Source: a virus (lineage: Duplodnaviria > Caudoviricetes). Taken from it: a stretch of 45,989 nt of DNA. Positions 36,011 through 44,226 of this stretch are shown in pieces. Both the position numbers and the translations under genes were made by a program. The notes below the pieces were generated by a model, which did no database searches, was not told the origin of the DNA, and worked only from the letters and a program-made list of their open reading frames with translations. Where the stretch lies: positions 1 to 45,989 of IMG/VR virus record IMGVR_UViG_3300036805_000091. One strand, 5' to 3'. Numbering within the stretch: position 1 is the stretch's first letter; every line of letters begins with the position of its first letter.

Positions 36011-37174
36011 TCAGTTTCCGTACGCTTCGGACCAGGCGGACAATTTGGTCTCGCGCTGCTGGCGGATCGGGTCTGCCTCATCGGAGGTCAGCAAAAAGCC
36101 ATCCTCGCGATTCAGCTGCACCACCGCGACGCCCTGCCGGTCCAGATCGACGACGGTCTTCAGGATGTCCCGGACCGCCTTGCCGAGATCGATCTGCGAG
36201 GTCCCGTTGGACAGCTCCACCGCGCCAGGCTGCGCAGCCAGCAGCGGCTTGGCCGCCTCGATGAGCGCGGGGGCCAGGCCCTCCATGGCCAGCTTCTCGA
36301 CTTCGGCGTTGAGCTGCTGGGCGGCCATCTGACGGCTCATCTCCAGCACCCGGCTGTTGGCGAGCTCAACCTCGCCGCGAAGCTCGCCCATGGCGGCATC
36401 GTTGCGGGCCAGCTCGACCGAGGAATCACCCTCGGCGCCGTCGTCCTCAGTCTTGGTCTCTACAACGGACGCCTCCACGACGCCAGCAAGCGCCTTGGCC
36501 GCCGCGTCGTCGTCGTTCAGCAGAAGCTGAAGCCGGTCCAGCTGGGCCTTGCTCAGGGACACGGAGACCTGTCCCTCATCCTGTTCGGTCACGGCATCCT
36601 CCGTGTAGTCGGTGCTGGACAGGTCGATCGTGACGTCCGGAGACCCCGAGGACAGCGTTACGTTGTCGGCCGCCTGCCAGGGAGCGAGTCCGGGAATCTG
36701 GGGGTCCAGGGTCAGCAACACATGCTGCATGGCCCGGTCGAAGCGCTTGCCGTCCGAGCGGTCCAGCCCCTCGATGATCCGGGCACTGACCCCCACCTTG
36801 GGATTGGCCCGGACCACAGCGGCCCCGGCGTCGTTCATCCGGAAGATGCCGTACAGGCCGTCGGCCGCCAGTTCGGTGGACACTAGTTCGCCACCAGTGT
36901 CCCGGACATCGTTGGTGTGCTCATTGCGGCTATTGGCCAGCTGCGCGGCGACCTGATCGAACGCCCGGGCCTGGAACGAGTTGTGCAGGTCCTTCAGGTA
37001 GGCCGCGTCGAAGTTGATGGCGCGCTTGGCGCCGGTCTTGCTGTCGGTGTAAGTAATCTTGCGCACGGGCAGGATCTGCTTACGCCAGAGACCGTTAGCC
37101 AACTCGACGGCCATGCCGCTATCGTGCGGCGTCAGGATTTCCGTTACGGTCGGCTGACCGCCAGACTCGGACAT
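36011..37174 (-). CDS. Prohead protease/scaffold (Mu gpI-like)
   Basis: N-domain with NEH, GVSARI, HVLLTLDPQIPGL; acidic helical scaffold C-half. Confidence 0.8.
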   Translation of the reverse strand: MSESGGQPTVTEILTPHDSGMAVELANGLWRKQILPVRKITYTDSKTGAKRAINFDAAYLKDLHNSFQARAFDQVAAQLANSRNEHTNDVRDTGGELVSTELAADGLYGIFRMNDAGAAVVRANPKVGVSARIIEGLDRSDGKRFDRAMQHVLLTLDPQIPGLAPWQAADNVTLSSGSPDVTIDLSSTDYTEDAVTEQDEGQVSVSLSKAQLDRLQLLLNDDDAAAKALAGVVEASVVETKTEDDGAEGDSSVELARNDAAMGELRGEVELANSRVLEMSRQMAAQQLNAEVEKLAMEGLAPALIEAAKPLLAAQPGAVELSNGTSQIDLGKAVRDILKTVVDLDRQGVAVVQLNREDGFLLTSDEADPIRQQRETKLSAWSEAYGN

Positions 37175-37258
37175 AGGAGCTCTCCCCGTCACATCGGGAC
37201 TGTGAGGGCGAGAGTATCACGGGGTAACGCTGCGTAAGACGAAGAGAAACGCGCAGGC

Positions 37259-37295
37259 GAGGACCCCCGGATGAGGGGCGTACCCGGGGGTCCTC
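37259..37295 (-). terminator. Hairpin / probable terminator ending the inserted cassette
   Basis: Perfect 12-bp stem GAGGACCCCCGG / CCGGGGGTCCTC, 13-nt loop. Confidence 0.7.
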
Positions 37296-37308
37296 TGGTC
37301 AGCTGGTC

Positions 37309-37425
37309 CTACTCCCAGCCGAGTCGCCAGTCAGTGTCGACGGCATCGGGGGGTTCTGGCAAGAACTGTGCGTCGGCGGCCTCCTCGGCTACCCGGACGA
37401 ATCTGTCTGCCTCCTGGTCGGTCAC
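37309..37425 (-). CDS. Tiny acidic protein (38 aa, MTDQEADRFV...)
   Basis: GTGA overlap with the upstream gene. Confidence 0.55.
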   Translation of the reverse strand: MTDQEADRFVRVAEEAADAQFLPEPPDAVDTDWRLGWE

Positions 37426-37625
37426 CAGCCTAGCCCCAGTCCGGCCGCCCAGAGCAGCTCCGCCAGGGCCGAGTTGCGGATGTCGTCGCTGTCGCTGGTG
37501 CTCCACAACCGGATACAGACTGCCAGCTCGGAGTAGGCGTCGCGCAGCTCTTCCAGGCTCATATCGGCAATCTGGTCCTGCACTCGCTGCTGGGCGGTCG
37601 CGACGTCCTTAGTCTGCATGCTCAC
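37422..37625 (-). CDS. Small helical hypothetical protein
   Basis: 67 aa; coupled on both sides. Confidence 0.6.
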   Translation of the reverse strand: MSMQTKDVATAQQRVQDQIADMSLEELRDAYSELAVCIRLWSTSDSDDIRNSALAELLWAAGLGLGW

Positions 37626-37735
37626 TGTCCGTCATCCTCTCGGCCGAGCTCCTGGTCGACTGCGCGGCCGTAGGCCCGGTCGTACTCGTCTTGCAAATCC
37701 GACTCGTACTGGTCGTCGTCCACGCTCTTGATCAC
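37622..37735 (-). CDS. Tiny highly acidic protein (37 aa, MIKSVDDDQYESDLQDEYDRAYG...)
   Basis: Manual translation; GTG 6 nt after -10 TAAGCT; stop overlaps the next start. Confidence 0.55.
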   Translation of the reverse strand: MIKSVDDDQYESDLQDEYDRAYGRAVDQELGREDDGQ

Positions 37736-37743
37736 ACCGTAAG

Positions 37744-37760
37744 CTTACCACCTTGGTAAG
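37744..37760. promoter_or_regulatory. Palindromic operator CTTACCA-CCT-TGGTAAG overlapping a leftward extended -10
   Basis: Perfect 7-3-7 inverted repeat. Confidence 0.75.
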
Positions 37761-37773
37761 TGCTGCGCAATGG

Positions 37774-38190
37774 TCAGGTGCTGTACGCCTGGATCGCGTT
37801 GATGACGTCCTGGCTGGCTCCGAGGGCCTTGGCCCGCTTCAGCAGGAACGCCTTGAGCGTGCCCCGGTCTGCCGGGTTGGCGCGGCCGAACGCCTGACGG
37901 GCCTTGTCGAGCTCCGCCAAGTTACGGACCGGGTAGCTGCCGCCCGGCAGCGCCTGCCCCTTGTCTGCCGCATCGGACCTGGCCTGCGCCCGCAAGCCCA
38001 TAGGCACGCTGTCCAACTCGATGACCTGGCCAGACCGGCGGGTCATCGATACATCCATGCGTCCCGCCAGCTTGGTGCCGCACTGGTCGCAATACTGCGC
38101 ATCGTTGTCGTTGTACTTCTGGCATACCGGGCACTGGACATTCTCGTCGGCATCCCGGCGATACGGCGCCGGGACGAATGCATCTGCCAT
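37774..38190 (-). CDS. Zn-ribbon plus small head-associated domain protein
   Basis: CPVC..CDQCG, then ALPGGSYPVRN...AFGRA...KRAKALG. Confidence 0.7.
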   Translation of the reverse strand: MADAFVPAPYRRDADENVQCPVCQKYNDNDAQYCDQCGTKLAGRMDVSMTRRSGQVIELDSVPMGLRAQARSDAADKGQALPGGSYPVRNLAELDKARQAFGRANPADRGTLKAFLLKRAKALGASQDVINAIQAYST

Positions 38191-38192
38191 GA

Positions 38193-39257
38193 TCAGCTTC
38201 TCCCATACTGTGTGTGAACAGGGTTGCCGTACCGGTCACGCAGCTGCGGATTGCTGACCTTCCGGCCGCCATGCTCGTACCCCTGCGGCCCTACTAGATC
38301 GACCGACACTCGTGACGATGAGTAGTCCGATGCGTACGCTGAGGCATTAGCTTTCGCTGCGGTCTTTGCCGCCGCTTTAGCCTTCGATGCCGACTTCTTT
38401 GCGGCCGAGGTCTTGTGCCCGGACGCCTTCTTGGCCACGGACGCCCTGTGCGTGGCGGCCTTCTTCGCTGCAGCCGCTGCCTTTCTCGCCGCTGCGGCCT
38501 TCACCGCAGCAGCCTTCTTGGCCGCGGCAGCCTGAGCAGCGGCGGCCTTCTTGGCCGCGGCGGCCTGGGCAGCGGCAGCCTTTTTCGCCGCAGCGGCCTG
38601 GACCACAGCCGCTTTGGTGGCGGCTGCCTGCTTGACACTGGCGGCCTTCGCTGCCGTCGCCGCTGCCGACGTGACCGACTTCGGTGCGCCGGACGTACCC
38701 GGACCGGACAGCGGGACGCCCCGGTTGGCCAGCTCGGCTGAGATCTGCTGCTGGGCGGCCGCGAGACCCGGCGTAGATGCAGGCATCGTAGCTGCCAGGC
38801 TGGCCACCTTCTGCAGATCAGGGGTTGACAGTGCGGCAATCCGGGGGTCGGTCGCAGGCTGCCCGTTTTGTCCCAAAGGAGTCCCGATAGGCAGATTGTA
38901 TTTGGATTCACCCGCCGGGCTGGCCACCACGTTCAGCTCAACAAAATTGCCGGCCGATCCGGCATGCTCCGACTTCTTGCCCCCGCCACCGGCCTCGGCC
39001 TTCAGCTTCTCCCACTCGGCAAGCGCCTTGGCCGAGGCTGCCTGCACTTCCGGGGTCACCTTGCCGCCACCGGCCGCCCAGTTCTTGATTACCCCGATGG
39101 CGATCTGGATTGCCTCAGACCGGTCATGTCCCGACTCGATCAGGCCCTTGGCCACGTTCTCGATGTAGTCCGGCAGCTTGAAGCCCGGCTTGTTCCACAG
39201 CGGCTTGGGACCGAGGATGAAGGGAGTGGCGCTGTAGCCTGCCGTCTTGGCGCTCAT
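38193..39257 (-). CDS. Modular head-associated protein with histone-H1-like Ala/Lys repeats
   Basis: LPDYIENVAKGL...NWAAG domain; AAAAKKAAAAQ tandem repeats. Confidence 0.7.
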   Translation of the reverse strand: MSAKTAGYSATPFILGPKPLWNKPGFKLPDYIENVAKGLIESGHDRSEAIQIAIGVIKNWAAGGGKVTPEVQAASAKALAEWEKLKAEAGGGGKKSEHAGSAGNFVELNVVASPAGESKYNLPIGTPLGQNGQPATDPRIAALSTPDLQKVASLAATMPASTPGLAAAQQQISAELANRGVPLSGPGTSGAPKSVTSAAATAAKAASVKQAAATKAAVVQAAAAKKAAAAQAAAAKKAAAAQAAAAKKAAAVKAAAARKAAAAAKKAATHRASVAKKASGHKTSAAKKSASKAKAAAKTAAKANASAYASDYSSSRVSVDLVGPQGYEHGGRKVSNPQLRDRYGNPVHTQYGRS

Positions 39258-39385
39258 TTCGGCGTACGCTTAAGCTGCTGCTGCACCTTAGCGATAGCTG
39301 CTTTAACCTCAGCCGTCCGGGGTGCCCGCAACAGCTCAGTCAGCAGCGCGGCTAGGTCCGCACGAGTAGGCTCTTTGTCGGTCAT
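39254..39385 (-). CDS. Tiny helical protein (43 aa, MTDKEPTRADLAALL...)
   Basis: Manual translation; ATGA overlaps on both sides. Confidence 0.6.
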   Translation of the reverse strand: MTDKEPTRADLAALLTELLRAPRTAEVKAAIAKVQQQLKRTPK

Positions 39386-40401
39386 CCGAACGCCGCCTTT
39401 ACATGCTTGCCCACGATCTGTGCTGCCGGTCGTGGGTGGCTGGCCAGCTTACTCTCAGCGTATAACTCGGCAATCAGCTCACGCCGGTTTGCCGACGCGT
39501 AGATGCCGACCTTGTTGATGATCGCGGATTTCTCTTCGGCCGTAAAGGGGGTCGTGACGCTGCTGTTGCGGATTCCCAGTGACTTGGCTACCTCGGCATG
39601 CATGGCCTGACGTTGCGCGGGGGACATCGAAAAGTCGATGTGGTGCCCAAACTCATGCGTCAGCGTGCTGTGCAACTTGCTCTGAGCATGTTCTCGCGGG
39701 GTAAAGTGGCCACCCATAGTGCCCGTCGCTGACGCACGTGCACCGTGAATGATATCCGGATTAACAGCGATCAAACCGCTACCTGGAAAGTACTGTCCGT
39801 TGACTCGAGTGCCCCTGAGCTTGTTAGCGGTAATAGCCTTTAGCCCTGGTGACCGAGTAGGGCCTTCCGTCCGCACCTGTGCTAGCACCCTATGCACAGA
39901 CTCCTGGTCGGACTCCTTAGTTACCGGCGTCTTAGGTGCCTTGACCTTGGCCTTTTCAACGTGTGCGGTAGCCGCCTTAGGCGCGACCTGCTTAAGCGCC
40001 TCCTGGTGGGACTTGCCGGAGACCCGGAGGTCGAGATAGTGCATCTGCTGATCGGGGGGCAGCTTAGCCGCGTGTACCGCTTTCCTGTCGGCCGCACTAA
40101 CTGTCTGATTAACCTTGCCAGCACCAACGGTCGGAAACCTGGGCTCCGCAGGCGTGGCCGCGCCCGGCTTGACCAGATGGTATGCCTTGGTGGTGGTCTT
40201 GCTGGCCTTGCCCTGCCGGACCCCCGAGTGCCAGTCCACGTGTGCGGTCTGGGTGTTCGGGTCGTACTTCTTGACAACGCCCTTGGACCCATCCTTATGG
40301 GTCACGTCCGCACCCACGAATATCCAGCCGTGAATATAGCCATGCGGGCCTACCAGCTCGACAGCAACGGGTCCGGACGCCAGGTCCACTATTGCGCTCA
40401 T
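39382..40401 (-). CDS. Basic protein with C-terminal zincin metallopeptidase domain
   Basis: THEFGHHID (HEXXH) and YASANRRELIAELYA; start MSAIVDL coupled to the upstream stop. Confidence 0.78.
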   Translation of the reverse strand: MSAIVDLASGPVAVELVGPHGYIHGWIFVGADVTHKDGSKGVVKKYDPNTQTAHVDWHSGVRQGKASKTTTKAYHLVKPGAATPAEPRFPTVGAGKVNQTVSAADRKAVHAAKLPPDQQMHYLDLRVSGKSHQEALKQVAPKAATAHVEKAKVKAPKTPVTKESDQESVHRVLAQVRTEGPTRSPGLKAITANKLRGTRVNGQYFPGSGLIAVNPDIIHGARASATGTMGGHFTPREHAQSKLHSTLTHEFGHHIDFSMSPAQRQAMHAEVAKSLGIRNSSVTTPFTAEEKSAIINKVGIYASANRRELIAELYAESKLASHPRPAAQIVGKHVKAAFG

Positions 40402-40691
40402 CGGCCGTCTCCCATCACCAGTGAGTCGGTCAGGGCGGCATGCGCCGCGATTACCTGCTGGGCGGTCGGAGCCCGGTCCGGCAGCGCCGGGTGGTGTTTG
40501 CGGCACACCCGGTACGGTCCAGCGTCATGTCGCGCCCAGCGCCAGCACCAGCGGGTGTGGCAGTTGTGCTTGCGCAGGACCGCCCAGGCCGCGCCGAACA
40601 GAGCGACGTCGCCGACAATGCCGGACCACAGCGAATACCAGAAGCCAGACACGTTGTCCGTACCAGCTATGTGCGCGAGCCATCCCCACAC
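40398..40691 (-). CDS. Small membrane protein with Cys/His tail
   Basis: GFWYSLWSGI TM; HNCH..WCWR...CRKHHP. Confidence 0.65.
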   Translation of the reverse strand: MWGWLAHIAGTDNVSGFWYSLWSGIVGDVALFGAAWAVLRKHNCHTRWCWRWARHDAGPYRVCRKHHPALPDRAPTAQQVIAAHAALTDSLVMGDGR

Positions 40692-40704
40692 GTCCGGCCT
40701 CCCC

Positions 40705-42987
40705 TCAGGTGATGTACCACTGCCAAGTCGGCGCGGCAGAGTAGTTGATCGTGATCGACGCGTTCGGCCCCAGCGGTATCGCCCCGGAAGTCAGTCCGGT
40801 GGTCGTGCTGTTGACCAGGATCGAGGTCACCGTGCCGCCCGTGATGAACACGGTAGCGTCGGCGCCGTAGCTATTGGCCGTCGCCACGCTGGTAGCAGGC
40901 ACGGTCGGTGCGGTGATGATGCCACGCGGGTTGTAGTTGTTGTTCCAGCGCACGTAGAAGCCACCGGATGGCGCAGTGGTGAAGGCAAAGGTACCGGTCA
41001 GGTTGCCCAGCACGTCGTTATTCTCTACCTGGCAGGCCGACAGGCTGCCGGTCGCGGAGCAGTTGATCCCGTACAGCTGGCGCCGGGCTGACCCATAGAC
41101 CGTGCTGTTATTCAGGTTGTCGTGGATCCGGTTGCCCCGGACCAGTAGATGACTGGTGCCTGCATTCAGGTCGATCCCGTGCCGGTTGCCGGACGCGGCG
41201 GGCAGCGTGTAGGTCGCACCGGATGACGGCGCGCTGCCGGACCACGCACTGCCATTCCGCAGCGCGCCCAGGGTGAGCACGGTAGCGGTGTTGCTGATAA
41301 CTAGCGCGGTGACCGCACCGGCCGTCACGGTCTTCCCGGCATGCGCGTTCAGCAGCCATGCCTTGGTGGTGTCGGTCAGGGCGGTCGCGGTGACTGTAGT
41401 GCTGGTGCCGGAGTCGCTGCCTGCGGACTGGATCCCGTTGTTGCGGATCCGGTTGTAGCTGACGTGGCTGTCGGTGATCGGTGCGTCGACCCGGACCCCG
41501 GACAGGGCGTTCAGCCAGATGTCGTTGTCGATGACCGACATCTCCAGCAGCGCGGTGGTGCCCGGCTGCACGACGTTCTGATACTGGACCCCGTACGCGG
41601 CGTTACCGGAGATCCGGTTGCCGGTCAGGGTGTACCGGCCGATGGCCGAATCGCCGATGGTGACACCATTGGCGTAGTTGCTGTCGATCACGCAGCCGGA
41701 CACCACACCGCCGGTCCCCGCCAGGCCGGACACGCCGGATCCGGACACGTTGAACCCGTCAGATAGGTTGCCCTGCATCCAGCAGCCCTCGACCACCAGG
41801 CCGTCCACACCCCAGTCGCTGATCCCGTGCCGGTTCCCCGAGGCATGGCAGCCCACGATCCGGACGCCCTGCGACAGAGTAGGGGTACCGGAGTACTGGT
41901 GCTCCAGGAAGATCCCGTGCGTGCCGTTGCCGGTTGCGGTGCAGCCCTCGATCACCAGCGGCATCTGAGCGTAACCACCGGTGCCGATGCCGATCCCGGC
42001 GCCGCCCGGCTGTGTGCCGGAGTTCTGCCGCCCGTTGCCGGTGACCACACAGTCCCGGATCACGCCGTAAGCCAGCTGGTCGCAGCCCAGGCCGGTAGCC
42101 AGACAGTCGTGTATATACAGGTTGGCGAACATCGGCCGCAGCATGTACAGGATGTTGATCCCTTTGCTGCCTACGTCGTAGCTGGTGGTCGTGATGCCCG
42201 ACCCGTCAATCTCGAAGTCCTGGAACCGGCAGCCGGTCAGCGGGAGCCCGGCCGAGCCGTCCGTGGTGTTGTAGATGGCACTGAACCCGGACGCCAGCGG
42301 ACCGGCGTTGTAGGGCTTCAGGATCGATTTGCCCGGGCCGTCGCCCACCAGAGACAGCCCGGACTTCCACTTGATTCCAGATCGCAGCAGGTAGCTGCCC
42401 TGCGGCAGGTACAGCACGCTGCCGGATGCCGCTGCGGTGACGACAGCCTGGATCGCGGGTGCGTCGTCGACGATCCCGGCACCGGTGGCCCCGGCGGCCC
42501 GGAGGTTGACCACCGGATAGTTGACCTTCAGCAGCGACGAGCCGACACCCGCGTTCCCGAGTTGGGACAGCGGGACGCTGCCGGTGCCGTCCAGCGTGGC
42601 CACGCCGCCGGGCTGCGCCAGCTCCCCCAGCGGGACGTAGTAGCTCGGTACGGTGAAGACCGTGCTGACCTGTGGAACGAACTGAAGCGTCCCACTGGTG
42701 GCCGCGGGCACCTGAAACGCGACCACCTGCACCAGCGCGTCCGTTTCGATGAGCACCGAATAGGACCAGCCCTGCGGCGTGATAGCCGGGTCGTCGGTCG
42801 CCGGAAGCGAGATGGTGAAGGCACCGTTGCTGTCCAGCGGGCAGGGCACCCGCTGTGCGGTGTACAGCACGTGACCGGTCGCGTTGGTCAGCGCATACGG
42901 GTTGATGAACGTGACCGTCCCGACCGCCGGGCTATCGTCCAGCGGATGCAGGATCGTCCCCGCCACCGGGATGCGGACAATGCTCAC
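40705..42987 (-). CDS. Right-handed beta-helix (pectate-lyase-like) fiber/depolymerase
   Basis: GVATLDGTGSVP linker; NLRAAGATGAGIVDDAPAIQA; LYLPQGSYL; repeated I.GN...G parallel beta-helix turns. Confidence 0.85.
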   Translation of the reverse strand: MSIVRIPVAGTILHPLDDSPAVGTVTFINPYALTNATGHVLYTAQRVPCPLDSNGAFTISLPATDDPAITPQGWSYSVLIETDALVQVVAFQVPAATSGTLQFVPQVSTVFTVPSYYVPLGELAQPGGVATLDGTGSVPLSQLGNAGVGSSLLKVNYPVVNLRAAGATGAGIVDDAPAIQAVVTAAASGSVLYLPQGSYLLRSGIKWKSGLSLVGDGPGKSILKPYNAGPLASGFSAIYNTTDGSAGLPLTGCRFQDFEIDGSGITTTSYDVGSKGINILYMLRPMFANLYIHDCLATGLGCDQLAYGVIRDCVVTGNGRQNSGTQPGGAGIGIGTGGYAQMPLVIEGCTATGNGTHGIFLEHQYSGTPTLSQGVRIVGCHASGNRHGISDWGVDGLVVEGCWMQGNLSDGFNVSGSGVSGLAGTGGVVSGCVIDSNYANGVTIGDSAIGRYTLTGNRISGNAAYGVQYQNVVQPGTTALLEMSVIDNDIWLNALSGVRVDAPITDSHVSYNRIRNNGIQSAGSDSGTSTTVTATALTDTTKAWLLNAHAGKTVTAGAVTALVISNTATVLTLGALRNGSAWSGSAPSSGATYTLPAASGNRHGIDLNAGTSHLLVRGNRIHDNLNNSTVYGSARRQLYGINCSATGSLSACQVENNDVLGNLTGTFAFTTAPSGGFYVRWNNNYNPRGIITAPTVPATSVATANSYGADATVFITGGTVTSILVNSTTTGLTSGAIPLGPNASITINYSAAPTWQWYIT

Positions 42988-43016
42988 CAGGACCTACTTC
43001 CGTTTACCGAGCTCGG

Positions 43017-43364
43017 TCAGCTGGTGGGGACGAACTGAAGCACCCACAGGGTGGTCGTGCCCAGCACCGGCCCGGACATGCTGACCGTGGTGCCGTAGAC
43101 AGCAGTCGGGAACGGACCGATGATCGTGTCCCCGGTGGACGCCAGGGGAACGACCTTTCCAGGGCTCGTGGTGCCGTCCGGCCCCGCCGGGATGGCGATG
43201 GTCAGGCTGGTCTCGGCTGCGGTCCACTTGATCCGGACCACTTGATTACCGCCGTTGGTGAAGGTGAAGGGAGTGCCCGCGGTAGCCAGGGTGCCGGTAC
43301 CAAGCACGCCGCCACCAGCTCGGTCAGCAGTCACAGGGGTGATGGGAACAGCAGCCATGATCAA
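43017..43364 (-). CDS. Small beta-rich virion protein
   Basis: FTNGG...IIGPFPTAVYG; ATGA overlap. Confidence 0.6.
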   Translation of the reverse strand: MIMAAVPITPVTADRAGGGVLGTGTLATAGTPFTFTNGGNQVVRIKWTAAETSLTIAIPAGPDGTTSPGKVVPLASTGDTIIGPFPTAVYGTTVSMSGPVLGTTTLWVLQFVPTS

Positions 43365-44125
43365 CTCCTATAGGTAACGGTCCAGCGTGAGGTTAACTGT
43401 ACGGGGTCATGTCGGCTACTGGCAGCAGCTACAGCCCGGTCTGGCTGGTCAGAGTGGATGTGGTCGGCCATCTCGGTCGTGTCGAACGGCGGTCCGGCGA
43501 CACACCGGCAATGGATGTGCACCGCACCGGGATAGCCGATGAGGGGCATCTCCGCCGGGTCGAAGTTCCTGCCGTCCGCTTCGGCGCACTCCTCTGAAGT
43601 ATGGCTGTCCAGCACGGCGTACCAGCCCAGCAGCGGCCGGTCACCTTCCTTCACCCGGCCCTCGTTGACCCCGGTCGGCTGCACCTGCTGGCGAACCAGC
43701 TGTCCGGCAACCTGCGCCGCCGCTGCGGTGCGCTTGGCTACGGCGGTCAGGTGCTGCTGGAGGTAGGTACGCTCCGCGTCCCACTCATCATGCACAGCGC
43801 TGAGGTCCCCGGACTTGATGGCGGTCGACATCCGCCGTACGGCCGCCAGCAAGTACTGAGCCCGGCGCCGGACGTTCTGGTCCCGCTGCAACCGCAGCGG
43901 TGCCGAGCTGAGCGTCTCGTGCGCATCAGGCAGCTCGATCAAGCTGGTGAACTCCGGCTTGCTGAGCAGGTAGGTGATCGCAGCAGCCGACACGAGCGGG
44001 GTGCCGAGGAGCAGTTTGAGCACCTTGGACGCTGCCCAGCCCGCGATCAGGGCTAGCACGATCTGCTGGACCAAGTCGCTGTCCTGCTGTGACGGGGGTG
44101 GCTGCTGAGCATCAGGCTGCGTCAT
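43361..44125 (-). CDS. MuF-like head morphogenesis protein
   Basis: WYAVLDSHTSEEC...PGAVHIHCRC; follows the portal. Confidence 0.8.
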   Translation of the reverse strand: MTQPDAQQPPPSQQDSDLVQQIVLALIAGWAASKVLKLLLGTPLVSAAAITYLLSKPEFTSLIELPDAHETLSSAPLRLQRDQNVRRRAQYLLAAVRRMSTAIKSGDLSAVHDEWDAERTYLQQHLTAVAKRTAAAAQVAGQLVRQQVQPTGVNEGRVKEGDRPLLGWYAVLDSHTSEECAEADGRNFDPAEMPLIGYPGAVHIHCRCVAGPPFDTTEMADHIHSDQPDRAVAAASSRHDPVQLTSRWTVTYRS

Positions 44126-44226
44126 CTCGGCACCCACCAGGCCAGCAGGCCGCAAACCGTCAGCAGGCCGAGGACGAACCACAGGCCCCAGTCGATGTCC
44201 AGCGGGGCTCTCCGGTGGTTACCCAT
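44122..44226 (-). CDS. 34-aa single-TM peptide
   Basis: MGNHRRAPLDIDWGLWFVLGLLTVCGLLAWWVPR; TGATG and ATGA overlaps. Confidence 0.55.
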   Translation of the reverse strand: MGNHRRAPLDIDWGLWFVLGLLTVCGLLAWWVPR

